Shown one piece after another: positions 42,301-54,313 of a stretch of 64,000 nucleotides of DNA. Location: assembly GCF_009914755.1 (NCBI RefSeq), contig NC_060936.1; one strand, given 5' to 3'. This DNA is from the human T2T-CHM13v2.0 reference genome, Homo sapiens. The notes beneath the pieces are model-generated. The model was not told where the DNA came from and did not search any database. It saw only the letters and a list, made by a program, of their open reading frames with translations. Both the position numbers and the translations under genes were made by a program. Numbering within the stretch: position 1 is the first letter of the stretch; each line of letters opens with the position of its first letter.

Positions 42301-45099
42301 CAGCCCTGCTGCACATCCTGAGGTGGGACCCGCTGCGTCTTCCGTTAAGGTGTCCTGGGTTGCACCATCAGAAAGCCCAAGTATAACTGGCATGACCAAT
42401 AAAGAAAATTTATCTCTTGGAATTTTGGTCATGGTCCCAGGAGGTCTAGAGCAGCTCTGGGCACCACATACTTCAAAGTCCAGAGGCAGGAAGAGACCAT
42501 CTCTTTGTTACGTCCTGTTTTTTCCTTTTTTTTTTTTTTTTTTCCTTTAATGACCCCCAGACAAAATCCTCTTGTATGTCTTTGGCCAGGATTGTTTCAC
42601 ATGCTGAGGTCTAAAATACACCATTTACTGGCAAAGGTTTTGGAGCTGCCACATTTGTTTAGAATAATTTCAAACCAACCCTGAGTTACTCAAGGCAGTG
42701 GTAGCCACCCCACAATATGCTGAGTTCTGAGAGCAGAGGAGGCAGTGAACGATTGTGTGAGGCGAGGGACAGCCCAGTTACCCCGATTTGATCCGTAGAC
42801 ATCGCACGAACCTATGAAATATCGTAAGTACCCCCAAAATGTGTACAACTATGACATGTCAATTTAAAAAAAAGGTAGTAAACAGTCTTTGGGTGTCTCT
42901 GGTGCCAGGAAACTGTGTTCAAACTAATTTGGGCATAACAGCCAGTAGTTATGGCCACTCCAAAACAAAACTACACAGCTCTTGGGGAGGAAATGGTCAG
43001 AGAGAAGGATGCAATATTTGAAGAAGAAATGAACACAACAGGTATATAAAAATTAAGAATGCCGAAGGCCAGTGACTTTGCCCTTGGCCTGAGTTCTGAG
43101 AGGTACACAAGAATGGAAATGGACAAAGTGTGAATACTTTGTCGTGCAAAGGTGTTGCATAAAGCTGAACACTATTATGTAGGTTCAAGTATTCAAGAAA
43201 TATTTCCTGAGACCCTCGGAATGCCAGGAACCAGACGCAATGTTGAGTAAGACCAGGATTCTGTCCTCAACGTGTTTTCCCAATAATGAAGGAAACGGGT
43301 TAAGTACGTGTTTACTTACAATTGTGGTGTGATAAATGCTATTGGAGAGACATAGAAAGGCTGGTAAGGTAAAACCACAGAGGAGAGGCCCTCACTGCAG
43401 GGATGCTGATCCACAGAGAGGGAAATGAAGGAAAGAAAACCTCATGGAGGAAGCGCCCAGGAGCTGAATTTCGAAGCTCTCTATGGCAGGAGCTTGGAAT
43501 CCAGATTTGGGGAGAGCCTGGGAAAGGAGCAAAGTCGGACAGGCCGATGGAGGGGGTCCAAGCCACACCACAGAACGTGGGTTTGACCTGGCAGCCTAGC
43601 AATCCCCAAATACTTCTGATCATGCAACCAGAACAGAAAGTTTTGAGCATGAGCATCCAATATATTTATATTTAGTTGCAGTATGCCACTATACCTATTT
43701 GCAACATGCCACAGTATTAGGCACATAATAAAATACACCACTAATTAAAGATTAAAAATAAAATAACAGTGAATTAAATAAACATTTTCATTTGGTAAGA
43801 ACTTTTTCTCACTACCATAATTATGAGTGATACTTATTTCTTTTCCGTTTAACTGTGTGAAATGAAAATAACTCAGCCTTTCCATCTGCCGAAAGCTTGC
43901 AGGAGGAGTAGAAAGAAATGCAGGTATCAGCTCTAACCATTTCTTGGGGTTTGCTGATGTTTGCATTTTCCGTATGTCCCCCCACCCGTTATTTCTTTGC
44001 AGAGGAATCTTTTCCAACCATTTCTTTTTGTGAAGGTTGGTCTAGAGAGAGTTGGGTTAGTAATCCCAGCCGCTGCTGACGGGGCCCACCAGGCCACAGC
44101 AGGTCACCAGAGGCTGGCTGCGAGTCAGAGATGGGGGCTACCAACCCCGCCATGCGGTGGGGCTCCCACCCTCCACCCTGGACACAGCCATTATGCACAA
44201 GACGCAGGAACCAAAGGAGGGTACGGGCGTCCCCCGCATCTTACATATATTACAGCTCAACTTATTTTCTTATTTTTAGAATCAACTTTGTTCTAAGAAG
44301 TTCTCCCTTTGCCTCCTGCGGTGACCTTCCATGTCTTGCTCTAGAGGCCACTGGCAAAGCAACCAGGCCTAGTGCTAGAAGGGGAGGGCCAGGGCCGCTG
44401 GGAGATGCGCATATAAACTGCAGGGGCTAACATGGGCCAGAGTCGTCCAGGGCCGCTCAGCTGCAGAGGCCTGAGAATCCTGACAGCGGGAGGATGTTGA
44501 GTGTCACTCCTGAGCTCCGAGGGTGAGCTCGCTTAGCCCAGTGGTTCTCGACTGCAGGGTGAACCCGAATGGACTGGAACCAACGTGGTTGGCAACACAC
44601 ACGGCTGGCTCAGCCCCAGGGTTTTGGATTCAGCAGGTCAGGGCTGGGAGGCAAGGAGTTGCATGTCCAACAGGTCTCGGTGCTGCTGGAGCTCCAAGCC
44701 ACACTTGGACTTGGAGAGCCGCTTTGTCAGTGCGTATGCATGAGGAGGCGGGAGAAGGGCAAACTCCTGTGGGTAGCTGCAATGACTGGCTATAGCTGGA
44801 GGAAGAAAGCCGTATCACAGAGGGCAAGGGGGATGGTGCTGAGATGGATAGGGCAGGCTGAGCAACACTCATGTGTTCCAGGGAAGACAGGTTGTCTGAA
44901 AGGAGCCACTGGGATTAGAAACCAAGAGGGTTCTGGAGCCCACGGAGGCCTCTGAGAATCAAAACCACACTGTGGGAGGGCAAGATGTGGACGTGGGGCC
45001 TAAGAAACCATTCTTTCAAGAAGACGGACTCTGGAGGGAAAAGAGGAAAGGAGGAGCCGTAGGGATTCATTTTTGTTTTACTTCTTTTTCTCCCCCCAA

Positions 45100-45610
45100 C
45101 TGTTTTTATGGTGGCAAAATACACAGAACATAAAATTTGCCATTTTAATCCTTTTTATGTGTACAGCGCAATGGTATGAAATACATTCATAATGTCATAA
45201 TGTCAGACAACCACCACCAACACCAGAGCTCCTTCCATCTTGCAAAACTGAAACACTGTCCCCATCAAACACCAACCCCGTTCCCCTCCCCCAGCCCCAG
45301 CAACCCTGCTTTACTGTCTGTCCTTGACTTTGACAACACTAAGTGCCTCTTAGAAGTGGAATGATATTTGTCTGTTCGTCACTGGCTTACTTCGCTGAGC
45401 TTAATGTCCTCTAGGTTCATCCATGTTGCAGGGTGCGTCGGGATTCCCTTCCTTTCTAAGGCTGGTAATACCCACTGCACGGATGACCCCGTTCTGCTCA
45501 TTATTCATCAATGGAAACACACTTGGGTTGGGTCCACATATTAACTCTTTAACAATGCTGCTATGAACAGTGGGTACAAATATCTCTTCGAGACCCTTGT
45601 TTTGCTTCGT
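45100..45610 (-). mobile_element. L1MB-like 3' end
   Basis: GTGGCAAAATACACAGAACATAAAATTTGCCATTTTAA...GCTGCTATGAACA. Confidence 0.82.
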
Positions 45611-45629
45611 TCTTAAAGACGAGGATGAC

Positions 45630-45835
45630 TAGTAAGACCCTGTCTCTTAAAAAGTAAAAAGAAAATATTAGCCAGCTGTAGTAGCCCATGCCTGTTGTCC
45701 CAGCTACTCAAGAGACAGGAGCCCAAGAGGTCGCGGCTGCAGTGAGCTATGACTGCACCACTGAACTCCAGGCTGGCTGACACAGCAAGACTCTGTCTTA
45801 AAATAAAATACAATATATACAAATAAAATAATAAA
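45630..45835 (+). mobile_element. Partial AluJ (right arm)
   Basis: GGCTGCAGTGAGCTATGA...A-rich tail. Confidence 0.8.
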
Positions 45836-47394
45836 GAAAATTGATGAAGACAGCTAGACAACATTGACGTGTCAAGGAGGAAGCCCCAGAAGAGAGAAGT
45901 ATTGAGAAGAAGAAGAGGAACTTGGGAGAGAGGAGGATCTTTGAGGAAGCAAGAAGGGGGACCCTAGAGCTGAGCTAAAGGGACTCCACATGATGAGGCA
46001 GGCACAGGTGTGGCATGGGCAGCTCACAAACCCTGGCCTCATTTTCTCAGGGGGAACACCAGGGTCAGAGGCTCTGGGGCCTGTGAAGATCAGGAATCGC
46101 CATGAGAGGCGTGGAAAATGGAATTAACTGGGAAGGAGAGGAGAAAAGGATGACTGTGGACTGTGTCCCCTCAGGCAACACTCTGCAGTCTGGTGCAGGC
46201 CCCTGGGTGTGGGTGGTTGGGATCCCCAAGTCGGTTGGGGGTGGCAGAAAGGCCACAATGCAGAGGTGCTGACAGTATGGAGGGGCACGTGGGGGAAGAG
46301 GCAATGGCCCCAGGGTCTGGCTAGCATTGGAGTAGAGGGCTGTGGATTGAACTCAGTTCACAGATACTCTGAGCAAGCTCGTGACATGCAGATCCCGGGC
46401 TCCACCACCAAAAGATCCGGATACAGCAGGCCTGGGCAGGGCCTAGGAATCTGCATTTCTATCAGGCTTCCAGGCGAGGCCGATGCTGATACATTCCATA
46501 GGGTGCACTTGGACACGTGCCCATCTGGTCCAACATGCTCATCGTCTAGCGTGGAAAAAAGAATGCAGAGAGCTTAAGCAAACAGAACAGAACCCACTTC
46601 CTGGGGAGCCAAGTCAGGACCCCCTGCCTCCGTCACCCTGCCCACCCCAAAACATCCCCCTTGTGGCCAGACTGTGATATTCAGGATTTGTTCACATTTT
46701 GTATATAAGAGAACAGACGAACTTCAGCCTCACCCATTGCTCTTTCCCTCTGGATGAATATTCCTGGATAAACCTCCGGGCATGCTGTCTTGGGTACACT
46801 TGCCATTGCCATGCCGTCCCTCTAGTTAGTCCCTCTAGGTCAGGGGTCTCAGGGCCAGGGGAGAGGCTGGGCAGCTCTTCAATTCAGCCCAATCAGAACG
46901 ACATGAGTCTGAAGGGAGAAGGGAAATGCTCTGAAAAATTACATTGAAGGGATTCATAGGAACTGCCTTAGATCTTGTTTTTCAACTCCATCTCTTCCTT
47001 TACAAACAAAATCTGGATCATGGGTTTAAAGGGGCTTTGAGATCCTTGAATGAAAGGAACTAGGTCAAAGCTTGCTCTGAGTATGTGGTTTTCTGCTTTA
47101 AAAACTTGGGAAACTGATTGGTTACAGAATATAGTCCAAAGCTCTGGACACAGCATGCAGGGTTCATGATGAGTTTCTTTTCCATCTAGTCCCTGTCACC
47201 CCCAGCATAATCTACCCAGATCATATTTTCAGCTTTACATGAAGTAACTTGGGATTTTTCTGTTCTCTGAGTATCTTCCATTGTTTCCCTTCCCTGGGAT
47301 GCTCCTCTGCCCAACACTAGAGAGCACTGGTGGCCATTCCTAAAAACGCACCGGAAAATGTCCAAGTTTCCTGCTCCCCTTTAAAAACGTTTGA

Positions 47395-47812
47395 GCTGTC
47401 CACCAATGGATGAGTGGATAAACAAAATGTGGTCCGTCCAAACAGCAGAGTAAGATCCAGCCGTAAGGAGGACGGAAGCTCTGACGGGCTACGACGTAGG
47501 TGAGCCTTGAGAATACGGCGCTGAGTGAAAGAAGCCAGACACAAACGGCCACCTAGTGTATGACCCCGTTTCTATGAAATGAACAGGAAAGGAGACAGAA
47601 AGCAGATTCGTGGTTGCCAGGGTAGTGGGGGGAAGAGGGAGATGGAGAGTGACGGTTTTATTTTGGGATGATGAAAATGTTTTGGAACTAGAGGTGGGGG
47701 GTTGCGTAACATTATGAACGCATTAAATATCATGGAATTGTTCACTGTAAAATAGTTAATGTAGTGTTATGTGAATTTCACCTCAATTAAAAAAAAAACA
47801 ACAACAAAAACC
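47395..47812 (+). mobile_element. L1MB-like 3' end with A tail
   Basis: GATGAGTGGATAAACAAAATGTGG...GTGAATTTCACCTCAATTAAAAAA. Confidence 0.85.
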
Positions 47813-49113
47813 AAAGCCATCATGTGAGGCCCAGCAAATCTGAGCCCTCATTCTCTCCTGGTAACTGGCTAGGACTAAGCAGCCACTGGCCCTTCAGGTC
47901 AGCATCCACGTTCCCAATTGTCACACTCCCTGCTTCCCTTGTTGGGCCATCAGCGGGAGGGCAGAGTGTGTTTTATTCACATCAATGGGAGGACAGAGTG
48001 TGTTTTACTCACAGCACTTAACAGGGTGCGTTCGGCAGTCCAGATGCTCACATTTCCTTGCTCGCCAACTTCTAGAACCCGGTCTGTCCCTTCTGCAGCA
48101 TCATCCCCTACGACTCCCCTGCCTGTGCCTGGCATGGCTCCCGTGCTGGATGACTTGCAGTTTTCTAAACACCTCACATGTGCTCAGACCAACGTGCTCC
48201 GCCATGCCGATCCTCCTGTTCCCTGCAAACCCAAATCAGCCTTCAGGGCTTCAGCAGCGTTGAGTCACGAAGCATCCCTCAGCAACCTCCCGCTGAGCAC
48301 CCACAGGATTGGTGGCACTCTGCTCACCTTCCCTGGTGGGTACACCCCTCTAGAGGCGGCTCCCGGAAAAAGAATCTGTAACTATTCATTTTTTAACTTC
48401 CAGAGTCAGGCACGAAGTTATACCTAGCAACGGATCCCAGAAGGGGTCCTGGTGGTGCTGTCAACATGGAAATTTTAAAGGTCACATTTTTTTTTCCTTG
48501 AATTTCTTTTCAAATTTTCGTTGAGTTTTCCTTTTCAAATTTTAGGTGAGCTTCTTGCGACATGATGTTTACACTCTCAGAAGAATGAGGGGTTTTGCCT
48601 CTGTCTTGCTATATCACAACTTATGTCTTTAGAAACTATTTCATACTTCACACACCAAGACACTCCAGCGATGTTCTTTAGCAGAGGCAAGTAAGGAGTT
48701 TAGCATATAGAGAAAATAAAGCAGAGGGAAAAGTGTTACTTCTATAGTGTAAGGTGCATTCACGGTATTTTTCTCCCGAGTTGAGGCTGTAAACATCTAT
48801 TTCTTGTTTTATGGCTCCATCTGCTGGCAGGTCTCAGAATGTCTTTCTCATCAACACCTTAAATCCTTGGAAAAGTTATGTTCACATTGTATTCCAAAAG
48901 GCACCATTTAGTTTTTACAAAGCGAAAGCCTTTGGAAAGCTATTTTTCTTTCAAACTACTGGCTTCCAACGCCTTTTGGCCTCGCCCCAAATTTATTAGC
49001 CTTCTCTGAGCATAAGAATAACTTGATGTTACTTCTTGAAATTCCTTGCACCCGTCCCAGACCTCCTGGAATCAGCGTGATCTGGGAGTCTGTATTATTT
49101 GGAAGTTCCCTCA

Positions 49114-49770
<657 letters not shown>

Positions 49771-50539
49771 AGCACTATGTTTACCGTATAAATGCAGTTT
49801 TAAAACCTGTCTGCAGAGGCGACCCTATTTCTACTACCTCCTACAATCATGTTTATAGTTATGGAACATAACAGGTCAGGCAGTTAGTGAGCCTCAGTCC
49901 CACTTCCACCTTGACAAATAAACCTGTTCTATCTTACAATATTTCCGGTTGTTTTGTGGCTGTTGACTTTGCCTCCATGAGGAAATTAACTCCTATGGAG
50001 GGCACCTAGCTCGGCGTAGACCCGGTCGCTACCACCTGCGATGCCTTGGAAATGCAGCCGGCGGGGCCCACCTGTGGAGCCTGCAGACCGGAATCTCTGG
50101 TCTGTGTCCTAACCAGCCCTGCAGGTGATCCCCCGCAGGTGAAGGCTGAGAACCCCTGCGGTCCACGTTGGCATGCACCCAAGGCACAAGTCATTGAAAG
50201 CTAAATTTCCAGGTAACGGCCTCCTGGCACCTTAGACTTGCATTGCAGTTTTATTTTCTTTGGGGTCAAAGTTCAAATCTCTGTGTGCTGAGTGAAAGAG
50301 CTTCCGACGTTAAAGGCCAGACCAAGATCGAGTCCACTGCTACAGTAGGGCGCTCGGTGCCCACGTGGGCACCATTTCGAAGTCTATGGAGGGTCTACTT
50401 CGTGCGCCGCCGCCCAGTTCCACGAGCTAGTAGGGAACTGGCCCGACCCCGTGTCGGCCTGCAGGGGGCTGGCACTGGGGGAACTGCAGGAGTCAAGCCA
50501 GGGAAGGCCGGGGGTCTGGGCGAAGCAGAAGAGGAACAG

Positions 50540-50910
50540 GGCGGGGCCTGGGTGGGGCTGGCCGGGGCCTGTGGGGAGGGGGCAGGGCACGTGTTGGGTG
50601 TCTGGGCGGGGCCAGGCGGGGTCTTGGGGGGACAGGGGCGGAGCCTGTGGGGCGGGGGCGGGGCCTGTGGGGGCCTGGGCGTGGCGTCTAGGCAGGGCCA
50701 GGCGGGGTCTTGGCGGGATGGGGGCGGGGCCTATGGGGAGGGGCCAGGGCATGTGCGGGGTGTCTGTCCGGGGCCAGGCGGGGTCTTGGGGGGCCAGGGG
50801 CGGGGCCTGTGGGGCGGGGCGGGCCTGGCTTGCTGGGCCTGTGCCGGGTGTCCGGGAGGGGCCAGACGGGGTCTCGGAGGGGCGGGGCCGGGGCCTGTGG
50901 GGCGGGGCTC
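50540..50910 (+). repeat. Degenerate G-rich tandem repeat (about 4 copies, 75-90 bp period) upstream of the TSS
   Basis: GGCCAGGCGGGGTCTTGG-like core near 50609, 50696, 50771 and 50860, each followed by a GGGGCGGGGCCTGTGGGG-like motif. Confidence 0.8.
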
Positions 50911-51060
50911 CTCTGGTCCCGCCCCGGCCACATCAGAAACCGCCGTTTGCTGGGCAGCCAATGAGGGCGTGGCGCGCGCCGCTTTCCGCCGTTACTGGGC
51001 GTATGGCGTACAGACACGAGGCCGGCGCCTGGGAGGCGGTGTTCATCCGCCCGGGAAAAG
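50880..51060 (+). promoter_or_regulatory. TATA-less core promoter: GC boxes, CCAAT box (AGCCAATGA, CCAAT at 50958-50962), MYB site (CCGTTA at 50989-50994), E2F-like CCGGGAAAA near 51051
   Basis: Motifs read directly from sequence, just upstream of or within exon 1. Confidence 0.65.
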
Positions 51061-51250
51061 AGCGCCTGTTGCTCGCTGCCCGCGTGTCCCTGGCTCTCTC
51101 GGGAACCCAGCGCCGAAGGCGAGGTGGGCGCGGGCCGAAGGAGGTCCTGGGAGGTCGGCGGCGCGGAGGGATCTCCGCGGGAGCCGTTGGGGCTGTTGGC
51201 CTCGGGCTGAGGTGCAAGGACCAGGACTAGGGCGAGGGCAGCGGTCCAAG
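50990..51250 (+). other. PIWIL1: PIWIL1 non-coding exon 1 (5' UTR)
   Basis: Ends ...GCAGCGGTCCAAG|gtgcgg; the join to AAATAGAAAACAATG agrees with my recollection of the PIWIL1 mRNA leader. 5' end uncertain. Confidence 0.7.
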
Positions 51251-51349
51251 GTGCGGGGCCAGGCTGAGGTGCTAGGTGTGCGGGGGCCGGGATGCGGGGG
51301 CGGCGGCTGGGGGTCCGGGATGTGGAGGTGAGGCTCGAGGTGCGGGGAC

Positions 51350-52360
51350 CGGGTTGCGGGGTCGAGGTCCCAGGTGCGGGGGATGCAGGAGCCAGATGCG
51401 GTGGCGAGGTCGCAGGTGCGGGAGATGCAGGAGCCGGGTGCGGGGTCGAGGTCCCAGGTGCGGGGGATGCAGGAGCCGGGTGCGGGGTCGAGGTCCCAGG
51501 TGCGGGGGATGCAGGAGCCAGATGCGGTGGCGAGGTCCCAGGTGCGGGAGATGCAGGAGCCGGGTGCGGGGTCGAGGTCCCAGGTGCGGGAGATGCAGGA
51601 GCCGGGTGCGGGGGCGAGGTCCCAGGTGCGGGAGATGCAGGAGCCGGGTGCGGGGGCGAGGTCCCAGGTGTGGGAGATGCAGGAGCCGGGTGCGGGGGCG
51701 AGGTCCCAGGTGTGGGAGATGCAGGAGCCGGGTGCGGGGGCGAGGTCCCAGGTGTGGGAGATGCAGGAGCCGGGTGCGGGGGCGAGGTCCCAGGTGCGGG
51801 GGATGCAGGAGCCGGGTGCGGGGGCGAGGTCCCAGGTGCGGGGGATGCAGGAGCCGGGTGCGGGGGCGAGGTCCCAGGTGCGGGAGATGCAGGAGCCGGG
51901 TGCGGGGTCGAGGTCCCAGGTGCGGGGGATGCAGGAGCCAGATGCGGTGGCGAGGTCCCAGGTGCGGGAGATGCAGGAGCCGGGTGCGGGGTCGAGGTCC
52001 CAGGTGCGGGAGATGCAGGAGCCGGGTGCGGGGTCGAGGTCCCAGGTGCGGGAGATGCAGGAGCCGGGTGCGGGGGCGAGGTCCCAGGTGTGGGAGATGC
52101 AGGAGCCGGGTGCGGGGGCGAGGTCCCAGGTGTGGGAGATGCAGGAGCCGGGTGCGGGGGCGAGGTCCCAGGTGTGGGAGATGCAGGAGCCGGGTGCGGG
52201 GGCGAGGTCCCAGGTGTGGGAGATGCAGGAGCCGGGTGCGGGGGCGAGGTCCCAGGTGTGGGAGATGCAGGAGCCGGGTGCGGGGGCGAGGTCCCAGGTG
52301 CGGGGGATGCAGGAGCCGGGTGCGGGGGCGAGGTCCCAGGTTTGGGAGATGCAGGAGCCT
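51350..52360 (+). repeat. 42-bp minisatellite (VNTR), 24 copies, in PIWIL1 intron 1
   Basis: Consensus GGTGCGGGG(G/T)CGAGGTCCCAGGTG(C/T)GGG(A/G)GATGCAGGAGCCG; GATGCAGGAGCC recurs every 42 bp from 51382 to 52348; degenerate copies in both flanks. Confidence 0.98.
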
Positions 52361-53920
52361 GGGGTGCAGGGGCCGGGGTGCGGGGGCGATGTATCAGGTG
52401 TGGGGGGTGCGGGGCCGGGGGGAAGCGCTGAGGCCCGACTTGCCGGGGCTGTAGGGCCGGGGTGCGGGGGTGCAGGGGCCGGGGTGCGGGGGCGAGGTCC
52501 CAGGTGCAGGGGCCGGGGTGAGAGGCTGAGGCCTGAGTTGCCGGGGGTGCGGGGGCGGAGGTCTCCGCATTGGCGGCCGTGCGTGAGACTGCGGGGACCT
52601 GAGAGCTCTGCAGGAGGGCCTTCGGGACCTCCCGCACTACCCACGCGGCCGCGGGGCGCGATCTCTGCGGAGGGCGAGGGCCCCTTCCCGCGTCCGCCGC
52701 CGCTGCGCTGCGCCCCCGGAAGCCTTGGGAGCCGGACGTTGGGAAGAGGACGGAACTCCGGAGGACCCCAAGTGAGGCGGCGACCGCGACGGCCGGGCTC
52801 TGCGAGGCCCGGGGGTCCTCGCGGGTGCTGGCGGCCCGGCCCTTGGCACCTGTGGAGGGAAAGGGGCGGCGGGGCGGTGGCGTCCTGGGATGGATGCTCT
52901 CGCCGTCTTCAGCCCCGGCGGCCTCCAGGGCAAAGCCGGCTGCACCCCTGCGCAGCCTGTTCTCTGAGCGCTTTTCTTTTCGTTTTTAAGTTGTGGCCAG
53001 AGAGACCCCGCTCGCATAGAATGTACCGCTCAACGGTTTTTAGGCGTGTGGCGCGGTGGTGGTTCCCACGTGCACGGCGTGGTCCTGAGCTCAGCGCCGG
53101 AGGGACGTTAGGTGGAAGCGTCTTTGGCAGAGCTGGTAGCGAATCGGAGAGGTGATTTCCAGCGAGTGTGGTTATTGGAAGCACACACTTGCTTTCTGAC
53201 TTTAAGAATTCAATATCCAGACTGAGGTGGTTTTGAAACTGGAAGGAGATAAAGCTGAAAACCAGAGTTGTGCTGGGAAACCTGGACGTAGAGCGCTGAG
53301 CCCCCCAGGTATTTAGTGACCAGCACAGCGCGCCGCCGTGGGTTTCAGGCCCTGGAGATGATGAGAATCAGCTGGAGGGCTGCTTCCAGTCGGCTTCTAA
53401 CTCGGGAGGGCTGAGAGCCGCTCCCCACCCCGTAATTTCTGTTCCCAGCCAGTCCAGATGCTGCCCGTCAGGGACCAGGCTTTGAGAACTGACGTGCTGC
53501 TTTAGGAATATTTCCTGCTGGAGATGAGAGTTCAGCTTGTCACTGTTTTTTAATCACTGTTTCACACCGTTGTTTGTAAGGTGTCAAGCGACGGACTGGG
53601 TGCAAAGGCATCAATTGTGATTCGCAGGCTAGTTGGAGAAGCTATGGAGTGCAGAGATGTGGGGAGGGAGAAAACAGGTTACCATGTAGTAGGGTGACCG
53701 TGGTCACGCCGGGGAAACGGCTTTCGGAGAAGGGAGCAAGGGATGGCCTGCGAGCTGGTCCTTAAGCGGTTCACTGGATTCTTGTGGTTTCAGAGGAGGG
53801 TGAGGCTTTGTTAGCAGAGGGTGTGCCACGGTGTAGGGTGAGTCACGGAATTGATAGTGATAGGAAGCAAGTTGTGTTTGCTGGAGTCTCAAGCGGATGC
53901 TTTCAGATTGATTTGTAGAT

Positions 53921-54313
53921 CAGCAGTCCCCAGTCTTTTTGGCACCAGGGACCGATTTCCTGGAAGACAATTTTTCCACGGACCGGTGAGGGATGGTTTC
54001 GGGATGAAACGGTTCCACCTCGGATTATCAGGCATTAGATTCTCATAAGGAGCAGGCAGCCCAGACCCTTGGCACGCCGACTTCACAGTAGGGTTCTCAC
54101 TCCTAGGAGAATCTAATGCCTCCACTGATCTAACAGGAGGTGAGCTCAGGCTGTCCTGCTCACTCACTGCGGCTCACTTCCTGCTGTGTGGCCTGGTTCC
54201 GGTACAGGTCCATGGGGCGTGGGGGTTGGTGGTGGTGGTTGGGGGAGGGGGGGTGGGGGGGAGGGGGGTTGGTGGTGGTGGTGGTGGTGCTGCTGCTGCT
54301 GCTGGGGACGCTG
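53921..54313. mobile_element. MER1-type hAT-Charlie element with internal G/GGT-rich expansion
   Basis: CAGCAGTCCCC...TTTTTGGCACCAGGGACC; terminal GGGGACGCTG; 8-bp TSD-like TTGTAGAT/CTGTAGAT. Confidence 0.85.

Larger units (their letters stand above)
50320..53350. promoter_or_regulatory. CpG island spanning PIWIL1 promoter, exon 1 and 5' intron 1
   Basis: Abrupt rise in GC and CpG density relative to flanks; many GGGGCGGGGC GC boxes; boundaries approximate. Confidence 0.9.

Noticed and set aside
50243-51331. 362-aa and 259-aa Gly-rich ORFs over the promoter
   Set aside because: Stop depletion in a GC-rich island; non-ATG starts; no domain similarity.
51350-52360. CRISPR-like appearance of regular repeats
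   Set aside because: Head-to-tail units with no unique spacers, a eukaryotic context and no cas genes.
50688-53155. Five long ORFs (379-649 aa) on both strands, one mucin-like (PAPASPAPGTSPPH)n
   Set aside because: The 42-bp unit is a multiple of 3 and stop-free in most frames, so long ORFs arise automatically. There is no independent coding evidence; only the conditional splice-fusion hypothesis is kept.
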